From Octopus sinensis (taxonomy: Eukaryota), in contig NC_042997.1 of the NCBI RefSeq assembly GCF_006345805.1, forward strand, positions 52,700,001 to 52,764,000: a DNA stretch of 64,000 nt, in the 5' to 3' direction. Positions 14,237 to 26,613 of this stretch are shown piece after piece. A model generated the notes under the pieces. The model was not told the origin of the DNA. It worked only from the letters and a program-made list of their open reading frames with translations, and searched no databases. Made by a program: the position numbers and the translations under genes. Every line of letters starts with the position of its first letter. Positions within the stretch are counted from its first letter, which is position 1.

Positions 14237-14539
14237 ATTTCAATTAAATATAACATTTGATCACTTGTTTTCTTTACTCAAAATTCGGACAGAACTTATG
14301 GGATGGGCTGATACATAAGCAAATACGCATATATATTCCATCAAAATGAAATTCTAGTTTTATTAATTACGTCTAAAAGGAAGGCCTGAAGGAGATCTTA
14401 TTACTAGGAGGAGCGGAGTACTAGTGAATCCAAAGAGCTATGCATACGCATACACACTCACACGAATCTCTCCGTTTCTGTCTCTCTCTCTCTTCGCTCA
14501 CTCACTCTTTCTGTTTCGATTTCTCACATTCTGTATGTG

Positions 14540-14724
14540 GTGTGTGTGTATGTGTGTGTATGTGTGTGTATGTGTGTGTGTGTATATATGTGCGTGTATA
14601 TATATATGTGTGTGTGCGTATGTATGTGTGTTTGTATATATATATTTATATATACACACATATATATATATATACATACATGCATACATACATACATATA
14701 TATATATATACATATATACACAAC

Positions 14725-14762
<38 letters not shown>

Positions 14763-14834
14763 AATATATATATGGTTGTGTATGTATATATATATATATA
14801 TATTTAAATATATATATGGTTGTGTATGTATATA

Positions 14835-14896
<62 letters not shown>

Positions 14897-14930
14897 CACA
14901 TTCATGTATATTTATATATACACATATATA
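14540..14930. repeat. Mixed (TA)n/(TG)n microsatellite field
   Basis: Seen directly. Confidence 0.9.
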
Positions 14931-15720
14931 TAATTCAATCAATGGCTTCACATATTTGTATATTAGCTTGGTATATTTAGTTTAGGCCATATTTATTGAA
15001 GACCGTGAAAGACTCATAATGTTTTGACGAAAGTAAGCTGATAGCAGTCTCTCTTTTTTCTTCCGCCTCAGCCCAGACAAATATCAATATCTCCGATAGA
15101 CAATATTAGTGATGTTTATGGACGATGTATATATCTGTTATGTGATATTACCTTATCTCTTAATGTCAAATTTGAGACATAAAATCGATAATTCCTTTAA
15201 AAATATAGTGGAAGAAAAAAGATAAGTATATATTTTTTTTCAAAATTCCCAAAGCAAAAGTCTGTTTTGCAGAATCTAAAACCAATATTCCGCTTCATGT
15301 ATCAAATATATTTTATTTTAATAAAATCGACCTTCCACAAGAGGAAACGTGAGTTTCTCTTATCAACAAATACGCTGTCAAATTTCTACATTTTCATAAT
15401 AAAAGTTTGGATTCAATAACAGAAAATTATATTATCTTCGAATGAAAGTGAATCATTATAAATATGCACATAATGTAAATGACTTCATTGCTATCACGTG
15501 CTCTTCTGAGGTGTGGGCTGCGTCTTACATAAAGGTGGTTGCTATCAAGTGATCATTTATGGCTCATTTATGTTATCATTATCATAGGTCATAGATTTAT
15601 AAGAATATGAAGTGTTTTGAAAGTACCATGAAGAATATTCCAAAATTTTACGAATAAACCACATTTGTATTACATCACAAATAAACCAATAATCTTATAT
15701 ATATATATATAATCTTTTAT

Positions 15721-16085
15721 ATTCTACTTGCTTCAGTCATTAGACTGCTGCTATGCTGGGGCACTGCCTTGAAGACTTTTTAATTGACTGAGTCGACAGT
15801 ACTTACTTATTTTTAAACCTGGTACTTATTCTATCAGTCTCTTTTACAGTCTGCTAAGTTACGGAGACGTGAACACACTAGCACCGGTTATCAAGAAGTG
15901 GTGGGGAACATACACAGTCACACACAGACACAAGCGCACACACACATGTGACGGGCTTCTTTTAGTTTCCTTCAACCAAATCCCCTCACAAGGCTTTGGT
16001 CAGCCCGAGGGTATAGTAAAAGATACATGCTCTAGGTGTTACGCAGTGGGGCTGAACCTAGAACCACGATATCGGGAAGCAATGC
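15721..16085 (-). mobile_element. tRNA-derived SINE, family B (CORE-like centre)
   Basis: Reverse-complement homology to the copies at 32346 and 63097 (CACAAGGCTTTGGTC, TAAGTTACGG). Confidence 0.75.
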
Positions 16086-16313
16086 ACCCATTTGCACCCA
16101 TTTTTCCAAGCTTAGGAACCTTTCCATGTTGTTGAAGATGACAATGAACAGTCATATGGTTTGGACTAAGCTTTATTGCCAATTCTTCAACTGATAATGC
16201 GGGATTTTCTTCAAGTAATGCCTCAATGAGCTTATCATCAAACTCAACTGGACGTCCTGTTCGATCTTCATCTTCAAGGCTGAAATCTCCACTTCTGAAT
16301 TTTGCAAACCATC
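16086..16313 (-). mobile_element. Mariner transposase fragment, same family as 13200-14236
   Basis: Near-identical reverse complement of ~13333-13550 (WFAKFRSGDFSLEDEDRTGRPVEFDDKLIE...KLGK). Confidence 0.9.
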
Positions 16314-16340
16314 GGGAAGCCTGCGCCGATATATATATAT

Positions 16341-17129
16341 ACTAGCAGAGATACCCGGCGTTGCCCGTGTTACAGACAATTGAAGAATTAGACTTTTCCG
16401 TTATATTTCTGTTATATCTCAAAGCAAACTCTCACACTATTGTACCATTGAATTACAAATAACGCTCATCTTTTATGCTCGGGTGACCCTACAGCTTCCA
16501 AGAATACAACTGTATTCGTTTTTGCTTGGATAAAATGACTAAATTGTAAGTGTTAAGTCCTCATGATGAAATTTTAGAAATATTACTTTGTGTCTAATAT
16601 CTATGGTTTAAATTTCATCAACAGCAAAAATATATGAATTTTCATAGGGGTTATGGCCCTTATGCATAGAATATAATTTCCAAATCTCATAAAGATCCAT
16701 TTTGACTGGTTTTGGATCATAAAAAATGACTAAAATTTGGGAGTTAAGGCCTCCATTAGAGGGACTTAGCATCCTCATGAGAAGTGGAAACTTTGAGAAT
16801 AGTTCTTGATGTGTGTCAATTACCCATGGTTGAAATTTCATCAACATCGAAAATTTATGAATTTTCATGGGATTCTGCCCCCTTTAAGCTATCTCAAATT
16901 CAGACCATACTGCATTTTACCCGCCCTTATGCATTGAATCTAAGTTCCAAATATCATAAGGATCCATTCAGCAATTTTGTTCCATGAAATTGTATGAAAC
17001 ACACAACATTACCCTTCTCCTTAGGCTTGGATTTTATGTTCCAAATTCCATTAAGATCAGTGCAGTAGTTTTCGAATGTATAAGTAACACATGAACACAC
17101 ACAGAGACATTGACTTTTATATAATAGAT
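16341..17129 (+). mobile_element. Non-autonomous Helentron/Helitron-type (DINE/HINE-like) element
   Basis: The 5' end is ACTAGCAGAGATACCCGGCGTTGCCCG. The 3' end is CCAAATTCCATTAAGATCAGTGCAGTAGTTTTCG, then a CA-rich stretch, then TTTTATATAATAGAT. Termini match the copies at 41445 and 36740. Confidence 0.65.
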
Positions 17130-17152
17130 ATGAATAGGCACATATACATACA

Positions 17153-17183
<31 letters not shown>

Positions 17184-19924
17184 TATATATATTAAGCTGT
17201 CAAAATATTCGTAGAAAATATAGGTACTTGTAGGTTGTAACGAAAGCAAATAGTAAATTGACTTACAATTAAATACAGTTTAAGGGCAAGTTACTCTAAA
17301 TAAACAATGATTTTAGATTATAAACTTTTGAAGACAAGCTGCAAGTCTTCAGTTTATTAAATGAGAAATTATGCTATTTAAAACAGAACTGCATAAAAAA
17401 TCTCTCGGAACACTTAGTGACTGATATCTAGGTCTGTTGTGTTTTGTTGTAGTTTCTCATAGTGAAGAATGACTCACTGATAATATCTTGAAGTTTCTAG
17501 AATAGGGTTTGTGTGGAAGAAGAGAGTTTTTAAGCATATGTTGTGTATAAAGGATTTTTTAAAAAAAGGAATACTGCATCAGCTTCACGTAACGAATTGA
17601 CTACCAAATATATACAAACCAATCACAAAAATCTTCGCACAGATATTTTGGAAACTATACAAATGGAAATGTGATAGAAATCTAATTCTTGAGGATTCTA
17701 AAAGACGTTAAGAAGATTTTTGTTGCTTCAGAAATAGCGTTTTATGACAAAAGTTTGTGATCATGCCTATTTAAAGTTTTCTAGACTGCGTAATCGGGAA
17801 TAACATTAAGTTCATTGCAATGAATCATACTAAGGTATTATAAAGTGTGCGTTAAACCAAGAATGGAACTCGGTTTTGATTTTGTATTTGCTTTATTAGA
17901 TTCATTACAGTATTGTTGTTCAGCGAGTGTGTCATTACAAATAAGAGTTGCTCGTGCCCCTAACACTGGATATACATACTGCAAGATTTACAGATTTATT
18001 ATAGTTTTTAGAACAAAAGCAGAATGATAAGAAAAACAACTGTTTTCATAGTGCTCAAAATTTAGTGCATTTTCCACAGTGGTCGACTGTGCTCATATTC
18101 GTGATTGACTAAAAACCAGTAACATATTGGTTCGATTATACTACTCTGATACATAAATTTGTCCACAGCCTTGTTAAAAGAAATTCCTGTAATAATTAAA
18201 TTTAGTAATTATGACGATGGTGATATTGATGATGTTGGTGTTGATACTGGTTGCAAAGTCTAGAAGGCTTAGATGTCACAACTGTGGCAACACCGGTCCC
18301 TTCAAGACCTACTGCTTTCGCTGATAGCGAAGGCCTCCATTACTGCCAACACCACATCAGCAACAACAACAATAACAGCAGTAGTAACATCAGCAACCGC
18401 TCGCAACCACAACAGTGGCTGCAGCACCAAATGCAAAAATGGAAACATATCCAATAACAACAGTAACAAAAACAACAAAAGAGCCACCCTCTCAATGCCT
18501 ACTATATCTCTAACAACAGCAACAACACAAAGCGCCAAAACAACAACAAAAAGAGCACCAACAAATCAAAATTACAAAAAATACCAAAACACATTCCCTG
18601 GTCGCAACTACAGCTTGCTGCAGCTGGGGCGGTAGCGATGCCAGTGAATTCATTTTTTCCTGCTGGTGATTTTTGGGCAATAGTGGTGGTTTTAATACTA
18701 CTGCATGCTGCTCTCTTTGACATTTTGCCGCTGCTTCTGCAATTATTGCTGCTGTTGCTACTGTTGCAAGGTTATTACCACAGCTCTGATGCGAACAACA
18801 GTTTCACTTCAGAACTATCTCCCATTCCCCTCCCTTGCGGTCAAAGACGAAAGCGTGAAAACCGTTTTGAAAATTTTACTTTGAATTGAAAATATTTAAA
18901 AAAAAATGTCTCCTGTGGTGAAGAGTCGAGTAATTCCTTTCAGTTCTGGTCGGTTTGACAAAGATAAAATAATAGAATTAACAAATGCAACCCTTTGGGA
19001 ACGAAAAACAAGCCACAAACTTACGGAGCTTCTAAAATACGTTGAGCTATGACAATGAACAACATCGTCATCATCAATAACAACAACATCAAAAACAATA
19101 ATCTTTTCATTATTTAGCCATTGATCGCTATTACATAAAAATTTCACCCATACATACTAAATATGAAACGTGGCAAACAGGGCTTCCAACGATGCGTGTC
19201 GTCGAAAAACGAGTTATGTAAAAGAGAAGGAGGGGCGTAAAGAACGCTGAAAGTCAAGTAAAAAATTTAACCAAAGACATACAAATAATTACAAGGAAAA
19301 ATCAAGAAGAATATAGAAAATCCCAACAATTGAAACAAAATATTATTAAAACTACGTGAACCTAGATTGGGTCAGAGCACTTAACATCGCTGATATCTTC
19401 ACGCTAGGTATGCAATCCAACTTAGGAAAAGATCATCTGCAATCACGAAAGGCTCTGAGCTGTTCGAGTATAGTAAAAGCCAACATGTCGCCTGTTATTC
19501 AGATGTTACATTTGGAACGCAGTGGAAAATTACTCTGCAAACAGCCTATCTTTGACATGATCCATTTGGTGTAGAGCCATTTATTTGTTTATCTGGACAG
19601 TTTTTCGTCTAAAATGTCCTTGTATTTCGTTTAGAACTGCTCCGACCATCCTCGGACTTGCAACAGGTAGTGCGAATGACAGCGTCGCAGGGATAGCAGC
19701 CTCTGGAACCGGCTGTTATTGTTCGTGTACACCGGTCCTTCTTTTTCTCTGTATTTCGAGCTTCTAGTTACAGAGAGCACTTACGTTACACATGCTACCA
19801 CAAGTGTAAATAGCTAGGCTTTCTGCTTTAAGTATCTAATCTCATGGCATTTCTTATTGCATCGTCAGTTTGGCATATATGTACATATATACATACGTAG
19901 TACACGCTTGCGCGCGCAGACAGT

Positions 19925-19967
<43 letters not shown>

Positions 19968-20087
19968 CACACACACACACACACACTCATACACATACAC
20001 ACATCGCCTTGATGTGACAAAATTGTTTATCTTGTCTGCACTTTTCATGAGGTTCTAATTGTTGATTTGATCAATATACACTGCAGT

Positions 20088-20300
20088 AAGGCGGCGAGCT
20101 GACAGAAACGTTAGCACGCCAGGTGAAATGCTTAGCAGTATTTCGTCTGTATGTTTTGGGTTCAAATTCCGTCTAGGTCGAATTTGCTTTTCATCTTTTC
20201 GGGGTCGATAAATTAAGTACCAGTTGCATACTGGGGTCGATCTAATCGACTGACCCCCCTCCCCAAATTTCGGGCCTTGTGCCTAGAGTTGAAAAGAATA
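20088..20300 (+). mobile_element. tRNA-derived SINE, family A (Meta-like centre)
   Basis: Head AGGCGGCGAGCTGACAGAAACGTTAGC, B-box-like GTTCAAATTCC, body TTTCATCTTTTCGGGGTCGATAAATTAAGTACCAG. Confidence 0.8.
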
Positions 20301-20372
20301 TACACTGCAGCCTGCCACTTTCTAATCGCCTCGAAATTTTGTTTTACGTGAGAGTTCATGCTTTGCCTCGGC

Positions 20373-20417
<45 letters not shown>

Positions 20418-20425
<8 letters not shown>

Positions 20426-20596
20426 CAACAACGCGTGGACGTGAAACAAGTATAGTGTTATTGGACGCTCAGGAAGGAAAGAAAGAAGGAGGATTTAACG
20501 TTTCGAGAGGAGCTCTTCGTCAGAAACATAGAAAAAGGAAAGATCCAAGGCAGGGAAGACGGAGGAAAAAAAGTTCCAACGATACACACGCGGTCA
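20418..20596 (-). mobile_element. ~180-bp element between (TA)n tracts carrying a minimal hammerhead-like motif (probable Penelope-type solo terminus)
   Basis: Bounded by (TA)n on both sides. The minus strand of 20493-20527 reads GTTT-CTGACGA-A-GAG-CTCCT-CTC-GAAAC-GT-T-AAAT. Confidence 0.55.
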
Positions 20597-20632
20597 TATA
20601 TATATGTATATATATATATATATATATATGTA

Positions 20633-21173
20633 CGAGTTCTGATCAAAAAGTATCGGGACTGTTGCTACGGTAACAGAGCTGAAGTATTTACAGGAAGTCT
20701 CTTGGTACTGATTGATCTTGATCTCTGTCGTGCATGCACACTAAGTTATAAGGTTTTCGATAACTTCGTTGCGTATAGCAGTGCTTGGAAGTAAAGTCCT
20801 TTGAGTGAAACCGTCTCAAAAAAGAAGATCGTGTTTTAGCTGGTCGGGATCTCCCTGATTTAGTCGTAGAGGACACTAACTTTCAAAAACGGTCATAACA
20901 GGTGACGAATCGTGGGTTTATTTCAATGTCCCCGATAACCAAGGCAAAAATCAAATCCCACTTGAAAGGAACAAGAATTCAAGACGTCGAGGAAATCGAA
21001 GAGAATGTGACGAGGCAGCTGCTCGCTGTCGTCCCCAAAGAGCCCCAGGAATGCTTCGAAGAATAGAAACGAATCTATAATTTCAGAAGATCACTTCGAA
21101 GATTAAATGCCGAATATGTATTGTACTTTTCTTTTTTATAGTATCAGTTCCAATACTTTTTAATCAGACCTCA
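20633..21173 (+). mobile_element. Internally deleted mariner derivative
   Basis: TIRs CGAGTTCTGATCAAAAAGTATCGGGACT and AGTTCCAATACTTTTTAATCAGACCTCA. Remnants translate as VITGDESWVYF and LKGTRIQDVEEIEENVTRQL. Confidence 0.8.
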
Positions 21174-22226
21174 CACACACATGAGCGCGCATACTGTCCG
21201 ACGAACGGTAACGTGAAACTCTGAGTAACAGCTTGTGAAGACCTTTTTCGGCTTTGATAAAAAGCTTATTCTACCTTCGGTATTTGAGTACTATGTTTTT
21301 CACTTTGTTTTGCATATATGTGCTTACTTATGTGCGTGTATGCGTGTGTACGTGTGCGTGCGTGTGTATTTGCGCACAAACATACTCGCACACATGCATG
21401 TGGACACATATACATAGACACATATAGAAACAATGAAAAATATAACGTCCATTATTCTGACATATCGGCAAATATTTACCGATCCGGTCCCACCGTTTGT
21501 GACTATTTTCACTGGTATTTTTGCCGCCTGAATCAGCTTAGTTTCGCATAATGTAATATTGAAGGAGAACTGTTAACAATACAGGTCCCTACGCGAAATT
21601 TCACTGGGACTAGTGTGGTTAGAAATAAAGCAAACAAAAATATATATGGGGTTGTACACCGATGTGAGTATTTATTTACATTAGTGCTCTCGCGATCCAA
21701 AGTAATTTTGACGTTCAGGTACAAAGATATCAGCAGGTATGAGTATTTGTGGTCACACCTACATATGTGAAAAATATTCAAAAGCTTATACATTGAGGAA
21801 TATACCTGTATATATATATATATACATACACACACATAGAAGTAGACAGTCAGACAAACATCAGGCGTTTATATTTATATGAAAAGTTGCGTATACAAAT
21901 TACTAATGTAACCAAATCTCACCATAACCAACCATAGCCGTTACTTGTGCGTGAGTGTGACCTGGTAGCATATATCATATTTATGCAAATTCTATCTAAC
22001 TGCGAGCATATATATATATATATACAGTCACCCTTCACAGCAGAAGAAATTCGCAGATTTATGCACAGAATACTCCTGTTTGCCTCACTGATGCGCTTTC
22101 AGATCCAGTAATTCTCAACAAGCTGGTCTATGATATTTGTTATTTCGGTGATACGGTTGTTAGGAATTCAGTAGAAAGAAATCTTCTTGATATTAACGGC
22201 TCTCTAAAGGCAGCCAATTGACTTAA

Positions 22227-22592
22227 TCGTTAGCACGCCGGACGAAATGCTTAGCTTTCGGGATCGATAAAATAAGTACCAGTTTAATTCTGGGGTAGAT
22301 GTAATTGATTAACCCCCTCCCACCAAATTTCGGGTCTTGTGCCTATAGAAGAAAGGATATTAATAGCTTTCTCAAGGTGGCTAGTTGGTAGAATCGTTAG
22401 CACGCCGGACGAAATGTTTAACGGCATTTCATCCGTCTTTATGTTCCGAGTTCAAATTCTGCCAAGGTCGACTTTGCCTTTCATACTTACAGCATCAATA
22501 AAAGAAGTACCAGTTAAGTATTGGGGTCGATGTAATCGACTAGCCTCCCCGCTCTAAATTTCAGGCCTTGTGCCTATTGTTGGAAGGATATT
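22227..22592 (+). mobile_element. Two adjacent family-A SINE copies (22227-22361 with internal deletion; 22374-22592)
   Basis: Both contain ATCGTTAGCACGCCGGACGAAATG, AAGTACCAG, GGGGT(A/C)GATGTAAT and TTGTGCCTAT. Confidence 0.8.
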
Positions 22593-22679
22593 AATGACTC
22601 TCTAGAAAGGTCGTCAGGTTCATTTTGGGTACTAACTACAGTAGCTTTTCAACAGAAAAAAAAATCATATCATGAGATA

Positions 22680-22998
22680 TTATTACCTCCTCCAAATCTT
22701 CTTTATTGACGTTTTATAATCTCTGTTCACTGACCTAGTCAACGATATCATTGATGACTGCTGGCACGATCTCTTAGTCAAATTCCAGTAAATCATTACA
22801 TCCTTCTGACCAAATACATTAGAAACTCTGTTCATGGGCTTCCCGCTTCCTTCATGACTTCTATGACTTTCATGATTCGGTAGTTTTTCCAAACATCTCT
22901 GATTGTTTATCTTAGCCATCTGTTTCTTCAACAAGTTGCCTGAAAATATAACTAAGGTAGTAGTCCTTGACATTAGAAATTACACCCTGATTCATGGG
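22680..22998 (-). pseudogene. Tigger/pogo-type DDE transposase remnant
   Basis: The minus strand translates PMNQGVISNVKDYYLSYIFRQLVEETDG*DKQ and, after a frameshift, DVWKNYRIMKVI (cf. PMDQGVIxxFKAYY...FWKxYNI). Confidence 0.7.
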
Positions 22999-24410
22999 TG
23001 TAGTAAGGATGGGGTGTTGGTGTTAAGTAAACTATTTTGACAGGAATGTAGGTCAGAAAGATGTCGAGATACTAGAGGTGATCTGGGGCACTATCAATCA
23101 CCAGCATTACCTTAGATTTAAGATAATGTTCTTTGCCATATCTTTTCGCTGCTGGCGAAAAGCATGAAACAAACCTTCATTTGAAACTTTCGCTGGTCAT
23201 TCCAGTCTCCTTGCTTGATTTTTAAATCACAGCCATACATATTTGATATTCTCCTCATTAATTGTGACTCTTTTGAATGATGAATGAGCATTGATCTACG
23301 CTAGAATTCTCCTGAAGTATTACCGCCAAGTAGTAGTGTTGAAAGGTCATTTCCGGTCTTGAGCCCAGAGCATTTTCTTTCCTTCTTAGGCGATGAGAGT
23401 GCAGAATGGCATTCATTTCTAAAACTAAAGGCAGTTTTCGTTTACCCTGAATACTAGTTGGGGAAGGAAGTTGATGAGTTTGCTAATAATATGGGAAAAT
23501 TATTTGACTGCCTGGGTGTCTGAATTTGTAGCTTCACTACTTATTAGGATATTATATTTGAATCTATAAAATATCCACTGCTAGCAATCTGAAGATGTTT
23601 CTTGCTCCTTTCATTACGTGAAGTTGGCTAAATGGCGTGTTGTGTTACGTTTCGTTGTTTCTTCGGATATAATGATAACATTTTTCCCAAAACTTGCTCC
23701 TTATGTGTGTGTGTTGTGTGTGTGTGTGTGGTGTGTGTGTGTGTGTGTGTGTATTCATTTGCATGTTTGCATCTATGTGTAAATAATACTGGACCTAAGT
23801 AACAATATGATTTAGAAAACGTTGGAAAACGACTAATTGGTACTTATGATATCTCGGATTTTATGCATATACGAATATACAGATAATCAGAAATGTTTAT
23901 TCATTTATAAATCTGCTGAAAAATAAATAAATTGGGGGCATTGGGTGGGTAGGAATAAAAATTTACAAAACACTTAGAAGAAATAAGGAAAAAATGTGAT
24001 TGTATTAATAGCTTAGTAAAAATTCCATAAATCAAAGAAATAAAAATCTTCCATAAATTAAAAAAAAATTATCAAAATCTTTCAGTCAATTGATATATGA
24101 TGCTAAAATGAACCACAGACGTTTCACTTATTCCGCGGTAGTTTGAAACAGCTACCAAGTTATAAATAAATGAATAACATTTTTCTTTTTCGTTTTTTAA
24201 AAACAGAATTCTGTAAATAGATATACTAAGCTGTTAGAGTTTAAAGAAAAAACACATTAAGATTGAGATATAGATATTATGAATTGAGATGAGCTAAAAT
24301 TATGAATAAACTGATTTGTTTTCTCTTTGATTACTGGCTGATGGATATGGCTCCAGATTACTGGCAAGTAGGCCAAAAGTCTCGCGAACCTTCTGGCAGA
24401 TGTATGTATA

Positions 24411-24479
<69 letters not shown>

Positions 24480-24483
24480 ATAT

Positions 24484-24517
<34 letters not shown>

Positions 24518-24543
24518 CAATATGTTACATTACTCGGTAGTCA

Positions 24544-24606
24544 AGATAAAACTCTGAGTTTCAGATGCCGAAGTGGAAATCCACAATACCATCTCTTCGG
24601 TTATCT
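24544..24606 (-). ncRNA. Mirror copy of the same hammerhead-like motif
   Basis: Exact reverse complement of 27918-27980. Confidence 0.55.
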
Positions 24607-24637
24607 GGCTATTTGAAAACGTTATGAAAAAATACCG

Positions 24638-26613
24638 TTAAAAATGAAGGGAAATTACTCTGTTATAACTCTGCTTTGCCTGCGTACTTATACATCGCTC
24701 GCATTTTTCGTCATAAAAATTATATAAAAATACATAAAAATATATAAAAATATATAAAAATATATAAAATCTTCTTGGGACATAACACAGAAAGCATGAT
24801 CTATCCGTTTTCTTTAGGGGACCAAAACGTAACAGAAATTTAGTCACATGTGGGCATGATCCGAAAAGCTCTGTCCTTGTATTTAGACATGTGGTAGGGT
24901 CTAAGCTGCTTTTCCAGATAAGCCATCTCTCCATGTCGCATAAACCGCACCTTCCGCTGCCGTTAGTATAGGGCTTACATCTGGCCAAAATCTTCCATTG
25001 TATGTTATAATCGACACCTTTATCTCTTAAAGACCAAATATGATTGGATAATTGTGTCGCTTTTCTTTTGTTCCAGTGCCTAAAGCTCAAAGTGTGGTTA
25101 TTGAACCTGGCCTTGAAATTACCCTCTGTCAGGCCCACGTATTTCTTCGTCGAAACGGTGTCTTTAGTGGTTATAGAGTTTACGGTAGCTTCATATATGA
25201 TGGTCTTGGACATGCAAGCTCCATTTAGCGGGCACAATTCTTTATTCCTGCATGAACAGCTGTTTTCTTCTTGTGTTTTTTGTATGTTATGATTGATTAT
25301 GTTTTTAAAATTGGTAGTTGAACTAAAACTAATTTTTAAATTGTGTCTATTAAAGAGTTTCCTATAAGCATGGTTAACTGGAAAATGTCTATCTATCAGT
25401 GCTAGGAAATATTTACCTATATTGAAGGCCACCTCGGGTGAGTAAGGGGGCGTAAACCAGATGACCTTCCTATTTCTATTATTCCTTTTCCTTATTGTTG
25501 GGCTGGTGATAGGTGTATATTTTATTTTTTCGCTAAAACCACTATCTTTTAAAGCTTTATTATAAACTGGGGCAACGCTATTGAAGATGTCCTCATTAGA
25601 TGAGAGGCTAGAAATCCTCTTACTAATATTTTTAACTAAATTTTTGAATACTATAGGGGGATGGCATGAACCTACATTAATATAACTTAGTCTATCATTG
25701 GGCTTCCTATAAGGCTTATAAATATTATTATTAAGATCTAAGGAAACGTCTAAGAAATTGACAACCGTCAGGTTAGTGTCTATAGTTATACTAAGTCCGA
25801 AGTGTTTCATTAACTGGATAATATCCTTCCTAAAACGATCTTGTGCTGGTCCATTTGTATTAGCTGTTAAGGCGAGGGCATCATCTTTGTAGATGGCGAA
25901 ATGTACGTTAGGGAATGTCTTACCGAAGGTATCTAGGAGAAAGAGTCCAATTAGATTACAGATGCCTGCCCCATCATATGAACCCATGCTCACATCGAAA
26001 GCGCCCTCCGTGTCGGTGTTTTTTACCCACTTTGCATTCTCACTGAAAAGTAATGTCTTTCTAGCATGGAAGATTATATCCTTATCATTGGTACTAATTT
26101 CTATGAAGTCACTAGCGAAGATTAGGGCTTTATCTAGCAGTTCTTTAGAGATAGAGGCATAAAAATCAACAATATCGAATTGTGTAAACCTCGCTTTTTT
26201 CTTATTCTTAATAGCTTTAAACCAGTCTACGACTTCTATACTATTGGACCATTGCACTAGCCTAGTATCGGTCTTAATTTTCGTATTTATTTTATCTAAA
26301 ATTTCTTGCTAATAATCCCTAGTTCTGACTTGGCTGGGTTGATAAGCCTACATTTAGGGTTGGAAAGGAAGTTTTCTTTGTGGTCTTTAATAGTAATAAA
26401 GGCCTCTTTTTGGGGGAGGGTTTCTATTTTTTATCTAATTTAAGTTTAGCGGCGATGACGCTAGCTTCTTTATTAATTTCGTTATATGTCTGTGCCCTAG
26501 CCTTAGTATAATTATTAATGATGCTGTTGTGTAAGAGTTGTGTGTATTTGCTGTTATCTACCAGGTATAAGTTCTTGGTTTTATCCGAAAAAAGTGCTTT
26601 TTTCTTGGAGATA
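24638..26613 (-). CDS. PLE reverse transcriptase + GIY-YIG endonuclease (5'-truncated; two single-base frameshifts in A-runs at ~26305 and ~26430)
   Basis: Translation includes FSDKTKNLY, EAFITIKDHKENF, CRLINPAKSELG, FDIVDFYASIS, MGSYDGA, IYKDDAL, VNFLDVSLDL and YKPYRKPND. The endonuclease region reads IIYEAT...YVGLTEGNFKARFNNH and RCGLC. It is open for 539 aa from 26257. Confidence 0.9.

Larger units (their letters stand above)
11280..14311 (+). mobile_element. Mariner (DD34D-type) DNA transposon, full length, interrupted by a LINE
   Basis: The left TIR is TCAGGTCATCCCATAAGTTCTGTCCGATTT and the right is AAATTCGGACAGAACTTATGGGATGGGCTGA. TA flanks both ends (11278-79, 14312-13). The element is about 1.3 kb once the LINE is removed. 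Confidence 0.92.

Noticed and set aside
26540-26613. N-terminus of the 448-aa plus-strand ORF
   Set aside because: It is antisense to the minus-strand PLE copy. The homologous plus-strand frame starts only at the 26614 junction.
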